From Eledone cirrhosa (lineage: Eukaryota), in assembly GCA_964016885.1 (NCBI GenBank), contig OZ024742.1:222332001-222396000 (forward strand): a stretch of DNA of 64,000 nucleotides, in the 5' to 3' direction. The translations under genes were made by a program, and so were the position numbers. Positions 51,789 to 64,000 of the stretch are shown piece by piece. The notes under the pieces were generated by a model, which was not told the DNA's origin, did no database searches, and saw nothing but the letters and a program-made list of their open reading frames with translations. Position 1 is the first letter of the stretch. Every line of letters starts with the position of its first letter.

Positions 51789-51890
51789 CAAGGTGTCTCC
51801 AAAAAATGTATACACATTTTGATTACCTGTACAGGCAATATTTATTAGAATGCTGTTGAAGTGTGTATACATTTTAGGGGGACATTTTAG
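51789..51890. mobile_element. Short Tc1/mariner-like MITE
   Basis: Imperfect TIRs CAAGGTGTCTCCAAAAAATGTATACAC / GTGTATACATTTTAGGGGGACATTTTAG. Confidence 0.55.
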
Positions 51891-51938
51891 TGTGTGTGTA
51901 TATATATATATATATATTATTATTATTATTCAAATTAG

Positions 51939-52126
51939 AGCGGTGATTGGCAGTATCGGTAGAGGGTCGGACGCCATGCTTTCCAGCATAGTTACGTCCC
52001 TTTACGATCTGAGTTCAAATCCCTCCGAGGTTGACTTTGCCTTTCATCCTTACGGAGTCGATAAAATAAAGTACCAGTAATGCACTGGGGAATTGCTGGC
52101 CTTGTGCCTAAAGTAGAAACAATTAT
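51939..52126 (+). mobile_element. tRNA-derived SINE (family S1), full length, with target-site duplication
   Basis: A and B boxes plus core; TTATTATTATTCAAATTAG occurs on both sides. Confidence 0.85.
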
Positions 52127-52442
52127 TATTATTCAAATTAGTACTCCATGCTTAAGGAAAGTAGAGCGTATATATATATATAACGCCATGTGCATCACAG
52201 TTTTTTTTTTAAATAGATACACTGTATCCATGCTTATCGTTAGAGGTGTCTGGAAGAGCATCTAGATGTAAAACATTGTCTCAAAATATCCTGTCCAACC
52301 TCTGCCAACAAGGAGAAGTGGATGTAAAAACAATGATGCATATTAATATATATATTGTGTGTGGATGTGTGGAAGCATGTGACCTAGAGGTTAGGATGTT
52401 GGACTCATGATCATAAGGTTGTGGGTTTGATACCCAGACAGG

Positions 52443-53232
52443 GTAGTACAGGTGAGACAGTGGTTATACAGATGGTACAGTGGTAGTACAGGTGGTACAG
52501 TGGTAGTACATGTGGTACAGTGGTTATGCAGGTGAGAAAGTGGTTATAAAGATAGTACAGTGGTAGTACAGGTGGTACAGTGATAGTACAGGTGGTACAG
52601 TGATAGTACGGGTGAGACAGTGGTTATACATATGGTACAGTGGTAGTACAGGTGGTACAGTGGTAGTATAGGTGAGGCAGTAGTTAAACAGGTGGTCAGT
52701 GGTAGTACAGGTTGTACAGTGATAGTATAGGTGAGACAGTGGTTATACAGATGGTACAGTGGTAGTACAGGTGAGACAGTAGTTAAACAGGTGGTCAGTG
52801 GTAGTACAGGTGGTACAGTGATAGTACAGGTTGTACAGTGGTAGTATAGGTGAGACAGTGGTTATACAGATGGTACAGTGGTAGTACAGGTGGTACAGTG
52901 GTTATACAGGTGAGACAGTGGTTATACAGATGGTACTGTGGTAGTACATGTGGTATAGTGGTAGTATAGGTGAGACAGTAGTTATACAGATGGTACAGTG
53001 GTAGTACAGGTGAGACAGTGCTTATATAGATGGTACAGTGGTAGTATAGGTGAGTCAGTGGTTATACAGGTGGTATAGTGTTAGAACTAGTCTAATAGTG
53101 GTAGCACAGATGCGACATTGGTAGTTCAGGTGGTACAGTGGTAGAACAGGAGAGATAATGGTGGTACAGATAAGACATTGTTAGTACAGGTGAAACAGTG
53201 TTAGTACATGCTAGACATTGTTAATACAGGTA
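52443..53232. repeat. 20-bp minisatellite, ~39 units (CAGGTGGTACAGTGGTAGTA and variants)
   Basis: Directly visible 20-nt period, more degenerate toward the right end. Confidence 0.95.
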
Positions 53233-53538
53233 AGCTTTCTATATTCCTTAGAATTCATCACTGAAATTTCCTTGCAGGTACAATAACAATATCAGCTAAG
53301 AACAAAATAAATATCACAACTAAATCAATAAATATATCAATCAAGACATTCTTTCCAGTCACAGCAGACATCAATTTTGTCTATAAAAAACTGTCACTCT
53401 AATCACGTTTTTTCGTGATATTTAATCAAACTGACTCTAGATCTGTATTTATTTCATATTTCAGTATATATTTACCTATATTGCAATGTAGGTTATTTAG
53501 ATATATCCATTTATATTGCTGTGAAGGGTGGTTGTTTA

Positions 53539-54164
53539 TCCCTTTCATTACCATATTTCTAATGAAAGACACTATCTGTGGTTTTCAAATAATTTTGAAA
53601 ATAATCAAGTATTTTGAATGATGTAATTATATAACTAACTTTCTCTGGTGTTGGGCATAACATAACCTAATATAACATAAAGGTTCTTCCATGAAATTAT
53701 GATGGAAGGTTTTTAGATGAATATAAACCCTTTCGTTACCATATTTTAAATGAAAGATACGGCCATTTTTAATGAAAGATACTGCCTATAATTTTCAAAT
53801 AATTTTGAAAATAATAAAAAATTTGAAAGGATTTAGTAATATAACTTTCTCATTACGTTGGTGGCTGGAACATAACAAAAGTTATTACATAAAATTATGA
53901 TGGAGGGTTTTTAGATAAATATAAACCCTTTCATTACCATATTTTTTATGAAAGATACTGCCTATGATTTCAAATAATTTTGAAAAAAATTTGAAAGGAT
54001 TTTGTAATATAACTTTCTCATTGTGTTGATGGCTGGGACAACAAAAGTTATTACATAAAATTATGATGGTTTTTTTTAAGATAAATATAAACATTTTAAA
54101 ATAAGCAGTTTTGTATCCTAAAATCAGGGAATAATTTCAGGGTGTATGTCATCAATAGGGTTAA
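53539..54164. mobile_element. piggyBac-type MITE family 2 with ~3 tandem ~190-200 bp units
   Basis: CCCTTTCATTACCATATT restarts at ~53539, 53728 and 53926; single right end AGGGTTAA. Many dispersed family-2 fragments occur across the window. Confidence 0.75.
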
Positions 54165-55857
54165 TATTTTATATTTCTTTATATTGCAATGTATGTTAAT
54201 TAAGTAAATGTCTTACATATATTATACATAATATATATTTATTTCCATTTATATTACAATGTAAGTTAAATATTTAAAAGAATCTTTACAAATTTTTCTG
54301 ACATCAATTCTTCTACTATAATTGATATTTTTTCGGCTCTGTCTCACCTTCCCTATCTCACACTTTTTCCATTCCAATATTTCTCTTCTTCTTCTCTCTC
54401 TTTCTCCATCTCTCTCTTTCTCCCTCTCCATTTCTACCTTCATGAATCTCTCCCCAATTCTCCTCTCCGTCTTTCTCTCTGTTGATCTCTATCCCCACTG
54501 TTTTCTCCTTTTATCTCTCACCCACCCCACTCTCTCACTCTAATCTCATTTCCTTTCCTCTCTTTTTTACAGCAATGCAGCAAAAATGTTTCTGCATTAA
54601 ACAAAATAACACATTCCCCCTCCTCATTAGTAAGGAATTTCTTTGTACCCTATGCAGCTGTTAATTACAGGTATAACCTTCTCATTACTGTGGCATGCCA
54701 TTGTACCTTACACAGGTGTTTATCACAACTATTAGCTTTTCATTAACAACTAAACATTTTCATGTGAAAACCTCTAAGCTAGTTCAAGCCATTGAAACTA
54801 ATTTATCAACTTATTTTCCAAGACAATATGTGAATTTAACCCTTTCAAGACTAATTCCTTTGGAAATAGACCTTTTGCAATCCAGAACTCATCTCCTGTT
54901 GCAGTCATTATATATACAGTCTTTGTTTCAGCTCAGATATATGAAGGTTGAACAGGCCTCCTACAAAGTTACATCTCATAGGAAGTTTCTTGGGTATTTT
55001 AATGATAGGGACTCCATCTCACCTCCTAGGAAGTTTCTTATGTGATTTAATGATAGTGACCTCACTGGCCTCATACGAAGTTACATCTTATGGAAAGCTT
55101 CTTGGGTGTTTTAATCATAGGAGTACTTGTGATATGTCAAACCCATAGACTTTTCTAATGATTAAAACTCCTTCCTGAACTTCTCAAAATAACTATAGCT
55201 AAACAAATATATTGCTAGTCATACATTGCATTTATTTGCATATATATATTTGTGTATCTGTATGAACAAACATGTATTTGTGTATAAGCATATCAGAATT
55301 TATATGAATATGTGTAGTGTGTACATATTCCTGCATATACATACACATAAACGCACACACACATATATATATATATGTATAATATGTGTATTTATTTATA
55401 TATATATATATATACATGTATGTGTGTATATGTATTCACATATATTAAGCAGCAAATTGATAGATACTTTAGAATGTCAGATAGAATGCTTTGCAGTATT
55501 TGTTTCAAAATTACTCTCAGTCAAAACTTGTGGTCAACTTTGTCTTGCATCGTTTTGAGATCAATGAAAAAAAAAGTACCAGTCTAGTACTGGGATGATT
55601 CTTCCTCTATATCGCTTTCTCACTTCCACCCTACCATTCTTTTTCTCTCCATCTCTGGCAGAAATTGGCGATGCTCAGGCCTGGAGAAGGGTTAGGCTCC
55701 ACCAATTTTCAAATGCCCAAAACATGCCCTTTGTCTCTCCGGTGCTCCTATGACTCATCAGGGGTTATGCGGCTTTGCATACATATATACATATGCCCAT
55801 GAGTAAATGTACAGCTGAATATGTATGCTTATATATGTATATTTGTATTAAACATTG

Positions 55858-56197
55858 GTAAAGACTCCTTTCAGTCACGAATGACCATGGGATTTGTGCC
55901 TAGTAAGCTCCCTCTCCGAGGCACAAGTCCGGGCAAGGTTGTTTATGGAAGACCAGCAGTCACCCATGCATACCAGTCTCCCCTCTCCACACCACCGATG
56001 TTGTCCAAGGGAAAAGCAATGGCTGATACAACTTGGCACCAGTGACGTCGCAACTCCTTTCTACAGCTGAGTGAATTGGAGCAATGTGAAATAATGTCTT
56101 GCTCAAGGACACAATGCATCAACTGATCCGAGAATAAAACTCACAACCCCATGATGGCAAGCTCAATGCTTTAACCACCAAGCGATGCACCTTCACA
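55858..56197 (-). mobile_element. tRNA-SINE (family S3) sharing the CCTTGAGCAAGACA core
   Basis: tRNA-like head at the right end, S2-like core and a distinct tail. Confidence 0.7.
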
Positions 56198-56780
56198 TTA
56201 AACAATAACCATTATTCTATTGACCCTATTTGAGCCCTTAATTCAGCACATTTAGTGTGTTTATCTCATCATCATCCTCAGCGTTTAATATCCATTTTTT
56301 CATGCTCACACAGGTTAGACCACACAAACCCATAAAACAAGCATATGTATGTGGGCGTATTTAATTTTTTTTTTTACATAGCAAACTAAAGCCTAAACTA
56401 TTACAAAACAGATTAAAATGAAAATGGTACAAATTTCATTATGTTACAATTGCTCTCAATATCTGGTTTCTGTCAAGCTGCGGCTAGCAGATAAATTAGT
56501 ACCATATACTCTATAGTGAAATAAATACTTAATCTTATACACTTCAAAATAGTTATACCATAACTTATACTAACAAACAAAGCTGTGTAGACAAAATACT
56601 CTTCAAACCAAAACATAATACACCAGCATTAAACATAATATAAAATACAATATTCCATTTCTTCCTAAATTAATACCTTAGCTATATTTACACTGCACCA
56701 ATTAATTGTATCACTTTGCAACAGAAACCTTTCCCAGTTAAGTGAAAAGGCTCCAACAGAGTTTGAAATTACATCTTAAC

Positions 56781-56970
<190 letters not shown>

Positions 56971-58888
56971 TCTGTCTGTCTGTGGCAGAAATTGGCTGTG
57001 CTCAGACCTGGAGAGGGGATAGACTCCACTAGAAAATCCCAGCCTCTGTAAAGTGTTGGTATTTGCCAATAGAATGTTGATGTTTTGATTCATTTAGTCT
57101 ACAATCAATCATTCATGTTGAATAGTTGCTGTTTCTGCTCTGTTCATTATCTCCTCAACAGCCATGACAGATCAGTGGGGGGAAATTTCTAAAGATAGTC
57201 TTAACCCCTCAGTAACATATTTCAATTGAAATATACCATATTTCAATTGAAATATACCATATTTCAATTGATTAATGACAAAATTGAATGGATTTACTAG
57301 AATTAATAATTATTTCATTATTAGGGTATTTGTACATAACTTAACAAAAGGTTCTTGTGACAAATTAAAGCAGAAGATTTCAATTTAAAATTGGTGGTTT
57401 TGTTTCATAGAACCAGGGACAGTTTTGGGCAGGTTGGTATCAAAAATTGTGATGACTGTAAATTTCTCACCATAAAATTAGCAGTGTACATGTTATTAGA
57501 TGTATGTGGTGTAGTTTGTGGACAGTAAATATGTTTTTAACCCTTGTAATATCAACCTACCTGAAATCACTTGTACTAGAGTGTTTGTATTTAAAATAAA
57601 ATTGACCATAATCTCATTATAACTATAAGAACTTGTGTTACGTTATGTTCCTAACTTAATAAAGTTATATTATTAAATATTGCACTTAAAAATTGTTTAT
57701 ACATTTGGCACAAAGCCAGCAATTTTGAAGGGAAGGGAAAAGTTGATTAAATCAACTCCTCAGCCCCCTTGATACAATCAGTTTAAAGCATTAACAAAGG
57801 AGAAGAGGAAGTTTTATCGACTTACTAGCTGAGGTACCCAGCTTTGCCTGGGTAAACATGATAAGTGAATACCAGTAGAAGAGAAAACAACTGTATTGGA
57901 TGTGTTGTCTGGCTTACAATATAAGGCAAGACCATGGTGTAATGAAAAAAAAAAAAAATGAGTAAAAAATCTTCCAGAAACACCACATTCTTCGTTTTAC
58001 CATTCGTGCATAGTATATGAAGATTTCAAGGTGTTCCCACTCATGAACAACCTACATATAACTACCCATGGGTAAAAACCAATTCTCTCATATTCAATGC
58101 TACAACTTCAAGATTCTGACCCTGAAGTTTATTTATGATCATAGCATAATTGGCTCTACTGGCCATGATACATGAGCATCGTTGACAATGCAGAGAGAAT
58201 CCCTTATGGTCTCTCATCCTGCTAGAAATAGCAGTCAGGTTGGTTAGGATATCCGGGATGTTTTTCTTCTTCTTTGATGTTATAAAATGAGTATCAATAA
58301 ACTTTTCTGAGTATAGCCTTATTCCATTGGTATACTTACTTTTCGATTATCAGTTTTCATTTTTGTGTGGTGTGTGATAACCAACCAATAAACATCTCTC
58401 TTTTATATTATATATAGCTAACTATTATAGCAATTTCTAATGTCAAATGGTGCTTTTGATTGTTGTTATTATTGTTAGCAATTTTAGGGACCCTTGAGAC
58501 TAATAAAAAAAATCATTATTATTAACAATCTGAGGGCAGTATCAGTAGAACATCGGATATGCTTTGCAGCACAGTTATGGTCCTTTGGGGTCAATAAAAT
58601 AAAGCTCCAGTAATGCATTGGGGTCAATTTAATCAACTTCCCCCTCCCCCAAATTGCTGGCCTTGTGCCTATAGTAGAAATCATTATTATTAACTTTCTT
58701 TATATCTGGTGGCTCTGGTGAAAGAACTTTTCTCTTCAGCCAATCCTTCATCAACTTTTTCAAGTATCACTTTAAAAGGAAAATGAAAGTGGCAAGCTAT
58801 ATATAAATATATATATCAACATTCTTACATTTAAAGTAGCTCTTTCACTTTGGTGTTATGATTTTATTTATATATATATATATATATA

Positions 58889-59330
58889 TCATCATCATCA
58901 TCATCGTTTAACGTCCATCTTCCACGCTTGCATAGGTTTGGACGGGAATTTTCCCACTTGAGGCAAGATTGGTTGTCTTGCTCATATAGGACTGTCTGGC
59001 AGGTTTTCTACGGCTGGATGCCCTTCCTAACACCAACCACATTTACAGTGTGGACTGGGAGGTTTTTACCGTGTTACCTACACAGCCACATTACAGCTTG
59101 GACTGTGTGTTTTTTTTGTCGTGACACCTACACGACCTCATTTGTTTCGGCCTGGATGTTGTGGTACCAACATGACTTTACATTGAAAGGGGTGGTGTGG
59201 ATGGGGTGGAGGTAGTGGGACGGGATGTATTTTTGTTAGAGGTGCCTACTGACTAGGTTTCGCTTTGTACTTAGGCAAGGCGGGTCTTCTGTATTACTGT
59301 GTAGCGCCAAAGATCTCGGTCCAGTCACAT
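58889..59330 (-). mobile_element. RTE 3' fragment
   Basis: Matches 18361-18810. Confidence 0.85.
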
Positions 59331-59504
59331 TATATATAATTAAGAAAAACCAAGGTTAACAACTTAAATCCATTCTTTAATGTCTACGTATATTTCTATA
59401 CAGGTAATAATAGTACATGCAAACAAGTTAATCAGAAAAAGTTCATTAGCAACTATTTACATAAAACATATATATACTATTACATTTTCATCTAAAATAA
59501 AAAG

Positions 59505-59890
59505 ATAATTGTTTCTACTTTAGGCACAAGGCCAGCAATTACCCAGTGCATTACTGGTACTTTATTTTATCGACCCCGTAAGGATGAAAGGCAAAGTTAA
59601 CCTTGGCGGGATTTGAACTCAGAATGGCAAGGGCCATAACTCTATGCGTCAAAGCATGGCGTCCGACTCTCTACCGATACTGCCAATCCACCGCTAAAAA
59701 GATAATTGTTTCTACTTTTGGCACAAGGCCAGCAATTACCCAGTACATTACTGGTACTTTATTTTATCGACCTCTGTATGGATGAAAGGCAAAGTTAACC
59801 TCGGCGTGATTTGAACTCAGATCGTAAAGGGACGTAACTATGCTGGAAAGCATATCCGACCCTCTACCGATACTGTCAATTCACCGCCCT
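59505..59890 (-). mobile_element. Two tandem S1 SINEs
   Basis: Two full copies (59505-59695 and 59703-59890); AAAAAGATAAT recurs at the three junctions. Confidence 0.85.
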
Positions 59891-61412
59891 CTAAAAAGAT
59901 AATGGGAGATTTTAATATAAGGATAGACATTTCAAAAGGGGCAATTTTGTATCATGAACCCAGAGTGGTTTCAAGTAATTTGGAATGAAAAGGGTTCAGT
60001 AAAAAAAGGTGTTGGCAGATGTTATCGTTAGTGGTAGTACACACAGATTTTCTAATTATTATTTCTGTCCCTTCATTCATTCGTCAGTTGCCATAAACCT
60101 CTTGTAAATCATATTTTATTGTTTCCTGACAAATTTCCTGTTAATTATTCTGTCTTCAACTTACTTTGTTACATAATCAAACGGACATTTATCTCTATTT
60201 CAACGGTGGACAGTTTGGTTATTTTAGAATTCTTTTGTTTTATTTTTTATTCCAGAGAAAACTATTTTATTACTAATAGTAGCATTGTTTTTTTTCTCTC
60301 TCTCTCTCTTTCTTTCTCTCTTCATAATTTACCTCTGCTTGCTGACTACAAACACTGTTTATTGAGAATCTGACAGAAGTTAAATACATTTTAAACTCTT
60401 CACTAAAATAGTTAGGTCCTGTTATTATAAAATTAGGTATTAAATTTCTCGCAGGAAGCTCGTAAATAAAACCGAATGCTATTTTCATTTATTTTTCATA
60501 ATGCTATAATGGTTTAATGGCATGTTATGGAAATCTTTACAGATTGAAAGCAGTTTAGAAAACTCAACATTTTGTGAAACTTTTAACATCCACTAATGAT
60601 TTCACAGAAATGATCTAAAAATATTATAAGTTTTAGATTCCAACAATATTCTTTTGAGCTATCAGGCTCAATATGTTCAGCCATTTTGTTTTTAATTTTG
60701 TCTTCCTCAGTTTATGTATTGGTTTGTATTATGTATGTATGCATGTATGTAGGTATTTATTCGTATGTATGTATGTATATATGATGGGGGCACATGGCTT
60801 AGTGGTTAGAGTTCAATTCTCAGACCAAGTGATGTGTTGTTTCCTTGAGCAAGACACTTTATTTCACATTGCTCCAGTTTACTCAGCTGTAGTGGTCGTG
60901 TAGGCGCCACGGAAAAAAAAAGCACCCAGCACTCACTGTAAATGAGGTTGGTGTTAGGAAAAGCATCCAACTGTAGAAATCAAGCCAGAATCAGTTCCCC
61001 TCCCACCCTTGCAAGCAGGGAAAAGTGGACGTAAAATGATGATGATGATAAAAAACAAAACCCATCAAAGTTGCGGAGGATCTCAGGAGAGTCAACGGCC
61101 ATCCAATTAACTTCTTAATTATTTCTTTTTGAGATGGAGCAGTGGAGTGAGAGACCCCTTGTCTTCATTAAGACAAGGGGTCTCTAGGAGAAGGTTGCTC
61201 TCATGTAAAACCTACGACCTCATTTGCATCCAATGATGTAGACCAGTCCTACTTTTGGGGTAAATGCATTCGATGTTCAGAGAGTTGGATTGGCTCCATG
61301 TAAAGCCTTTCCTCACTTAAAAAAGCTTCAAACACAGGTATGTGACATTCTGTGCAAGAGTGTGCAAGTCCCTAGCAGGACTAAATAGCCACATCTGTGC
61401 AAAATCTCATGC

Positions 61413-61639
61413 TTAACCCTTTAGTATTCACATTACTCTATTATACTATTATATTTTCATGGTAAAGGCTTTACCTCGCATAATTATCTCACATAATATC
61501 GAATCTATGAGATTTTGAAAGTATTTATATTGAGAACAATACCTTAACATCAGTATGAGTGGCCAGTTACAGCCAGTTTCAACAGAAAGAGGTAGAGAAT
61601 TTAGGCCAGTTTTGGCCGGTTTGAATATTAAAGGGTTAA
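61413..61639. mobile_element. piggyBac-type MITE (family 1)
   Basis: TTAA-CCCTTTAGTATTCA...TGAATATTAAAGGG-TTAA. Confidence 0.8.
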
Positions 61640-62149
61640 GTATCAAGTTATAGCATTATTCGAAATCAAATTGCAGCCATCATGTATGTATGTGTATGAA
61701 TGTATTTATATGCATGTATGTATGTATGCATGCATGTATGTAAGTATGCATGCATGTGTGTGTGTATATGTATGTTTGTATGGACGTATGTATGTGTGTA
61801 ATGAATTCCTTTATGTGTGTATGTATGTATTTTTGTGTGTCTGTAAGTATGTATGCCTGTTTATGTATTTGAATGTATATATATATATATATCTATGTAT
61901 GTATCTTGGTATGTATGTATATATCTATGTATATATATCTAGGAGAAGGAAAACTTTGATCTAACACCTGCAACCCTGATGGTATCCAATGATGTTGACT
62001 TGTTCTTCTTTTTGGTAAATATCATCTTGGTTAAGAGAGTGGGTTTGGCTTTGTGCAGTGCCTTTGCTCACTATAAAAGCTTCACGGCACAGGCATTGCT
62101 TTATATCTGGAGATCTCTCTGCACTTGTCGTCACATGGTACCATGGGCC

Positions 62150-62320
62150 CATCACTATGTGTCAATAATGGTCACAAGTGTAGTGTTTGTACCAGAGTTT
62201 TCAAGTCGCTGGCTGGACTAAAAAGTCACACTTGTTCAGCGCATTGGTAGGGGTTCTCCTACATGGATATAAAGTAGTGGCCGTACTCGAAAACGAGTTG
62301 GCAGCCACCATGTAGATGAC
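62150..62320 (+). mobile_element. LINE (probably RTE) C-terminal C2H2 finger and 3' end; related fragment at ~61335-61405
   Basis: HKCSVCTRVFKSLAGLKSH; the second fragment reads FCARVCKSLAGLNSH. Confidence 0.55.
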
Positions 62321-62488
62321 CGTTTTGACTGAGTTATGAGAGTATTCAATATTTGTGCCCAATCTCTTGTATTCTAAGTTCAAATCCTGTTGAGGTTCAT
62401 TTTTTCTTTCACCCTTTGGGGGATGTTAGAGAAATTACCTGTCAGTGCTGGTGCAGCCTTTTTTCTTGCCAGCTGTCACAACCTAGAC

Positions 62489-62672
62489 CAGGGTTTCCCA
62501 AACTTTTTCAAATGTGGAACCCTTTTTGGTTCAGAAACGTTTGGAGGAACCCCAAAGTCTAATACTGTTATATTGTCATAATATAAATATACTCCTCTAA
62601 CTTTTTTTATGGAACCCCAGGCACTCCTTTGCGGGACCTTTGGGTTCCATGGAACCCACTTTGGGAACACTG
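62489..62672. mobile_element. hAT (Charlie-like) MITE
   Basis: TIRs CAGGGTTTCCCAAA / TTTGGGAACACTG; degenerate 8-bp TSD ACCTAGAC / TCCTAGAT. Confidence 0.75.
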
Positions 62673-63170
62673 TCCTAGATGTTCTGCTGAATCAAATGAG
62701 GGAGGGTTGAGAAGGTGTTTGTGTTTGCATGGGAGTACATGGGTACCTAAGACCCTTACTGAAAGCATGACTAAATACTACAAAGTCAAACTTGGTTGTG
62801 AGCAACAGCTGTAGTTGGTTTGTGTGTGTACATTTGCATGTATGTATGTGCATACATATGTATACATATGTGCATATGTATCTAAATATGCATGTTTTAT
62901 ATATATATATGCATGTACATATGTATGTACATGTGTGTGTATGTATACATGTGCACAGTTGTTCAGTACACATATTTTTATTGCCTCACACAGACACTCA
63001 CACTCACACATACACAAACACATCCTTTAAACTGTTCACATATGGTTGCCATCTTTTCACAACCTTCCAGCTATCTAGCTAAGAGATTGATGGTCTGTCA
63101 AGCAACAAAGTAGACTCCTCTTTGTGATTAATGAACATAGTTAGTTGTTAATCATAGCTTCTGGAGATAT

Positions 63171-63246
<76 letters not shown>

Positions 63247-63292
63247 TAATTCAAAATATTAACAAAAATAGACATTCGTGTGATCAAGTATA

Positions 63293-63355
63293 TTTTATTA
63301 TACATATTTCAGAGGTACTGAGCTATCTTCAACAGTACGTTCTCATCAGATAAAA
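63293..63355 (-). ncRNA. Type I hammerhead ribozyme, family B (intact)
   Basis: TTTTAT-CTGATGA-GAACGTACTG(TTGAAGATAGCT)CAGTACCTCT-GAAA-TATGTA-TA-ATAAAA. Confidence 0.82.
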
Positions 63356-63433
63356 TAAGATGATGCATGACATACCCTGACATAGTAGCTGGTTAAGATT
63401 CAGTCATGGTAGTCAGATATATATATATATATA

Positions 63434-63820
63434 TTATACTTGGGGAGGGTCATATTTGTGAAAAATTGCCAGAATTAATAACAGAACACACTCACTGTTT
63501 GGTTGGTTTTCGCTTTTCGCTTCTGTGTCTTTTATATCGGTTAATCTAATTTATTCGGGCCTCAATGTTGCCATTGACTGACCAACGGTCAAAAATACAG
63601 ATACAATATAGACACAAACACATATATATAATGTGTTTGTGACTATATTGTATCTGTATTTTTGACCGTTGGTCAGTCAATGGCAACATTGAGGCCCGAA
63701 TAAATTAGATTAACCGATATAAAAGACACAGAAGCGAAAAGCGAAAACCAACCAAACAGTGAGTGTGTTCTGTTATTAATTCTGGCAATATTACACAAAT
63801 ATGACCCTCCCCAAGTATAA
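63434..63820. repeat. ~390-bp fold-back palindrome, Penelope-related
   Basis: Arms of ~190 bp are near-perfect reverse complements centred on a TA tract (~63623-63631). The right arm runs on into sequence homologous to 15473-15547. Confidence 0.95.
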
Positions 63821-64000
63821 CAATATTTGTTTCGACACACGGTTTCATATCAAAAACCTCGCAAAACTAATATATATATATCATCATCATCATCATCATT
63901 ATTTTACGTCCACTTTTCCCTGCTTGCAAGGGTGGAACGAGAACTTATTCTGGCTTGATTTCTACAGCTGGATGCCCTTCTTAACACCAACCTCATTTAC

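Noticed and set aside
52443-53232. CRISPR-like regular array
   Set aside because: Contiguous 20-bp tandem units with no unique spacers, eukaryotic context and no cas genes.

Overview
AT-rich, repeat-saturated animal genomic DNA. The repeat complement (tRNA-SINEs with RTE tails, RTE/CR1/Tx1/Penelope retroelements in (TA)n, (CA)n, (CAT)n and (TTA)n tracts) looks like a coleoid cephalopod such as Octopus; that is my inference. I see no confident host protein-coding gene, and most ORFs in the track are microsatellite artefacts or retroelement fragments. The main elements are a near-intact Penelope-like element (RT+GIY-YIG), a CR1-type LINE, a long RTE with a PHD-like finger inside its RT, two Tx1/L1 copies in (TTA)n, many piggyBac-type (TTAA) MITEs, Helitron-like elements, SINEs and a 20-bp minisatellite. 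The most notable hidden signal is about 10-12 minimal type I hammerhead ribozyme motifs from at least three sequence families. Four of them are paired in inverted orientation inside two ~340-350 bp fold-back palindromes, and a third, ~390 bp palindrome without a hammerhead is linked by homology to the local Penelope. Coordinates were read by eye, and repeat boundaries may be off by a few bases.
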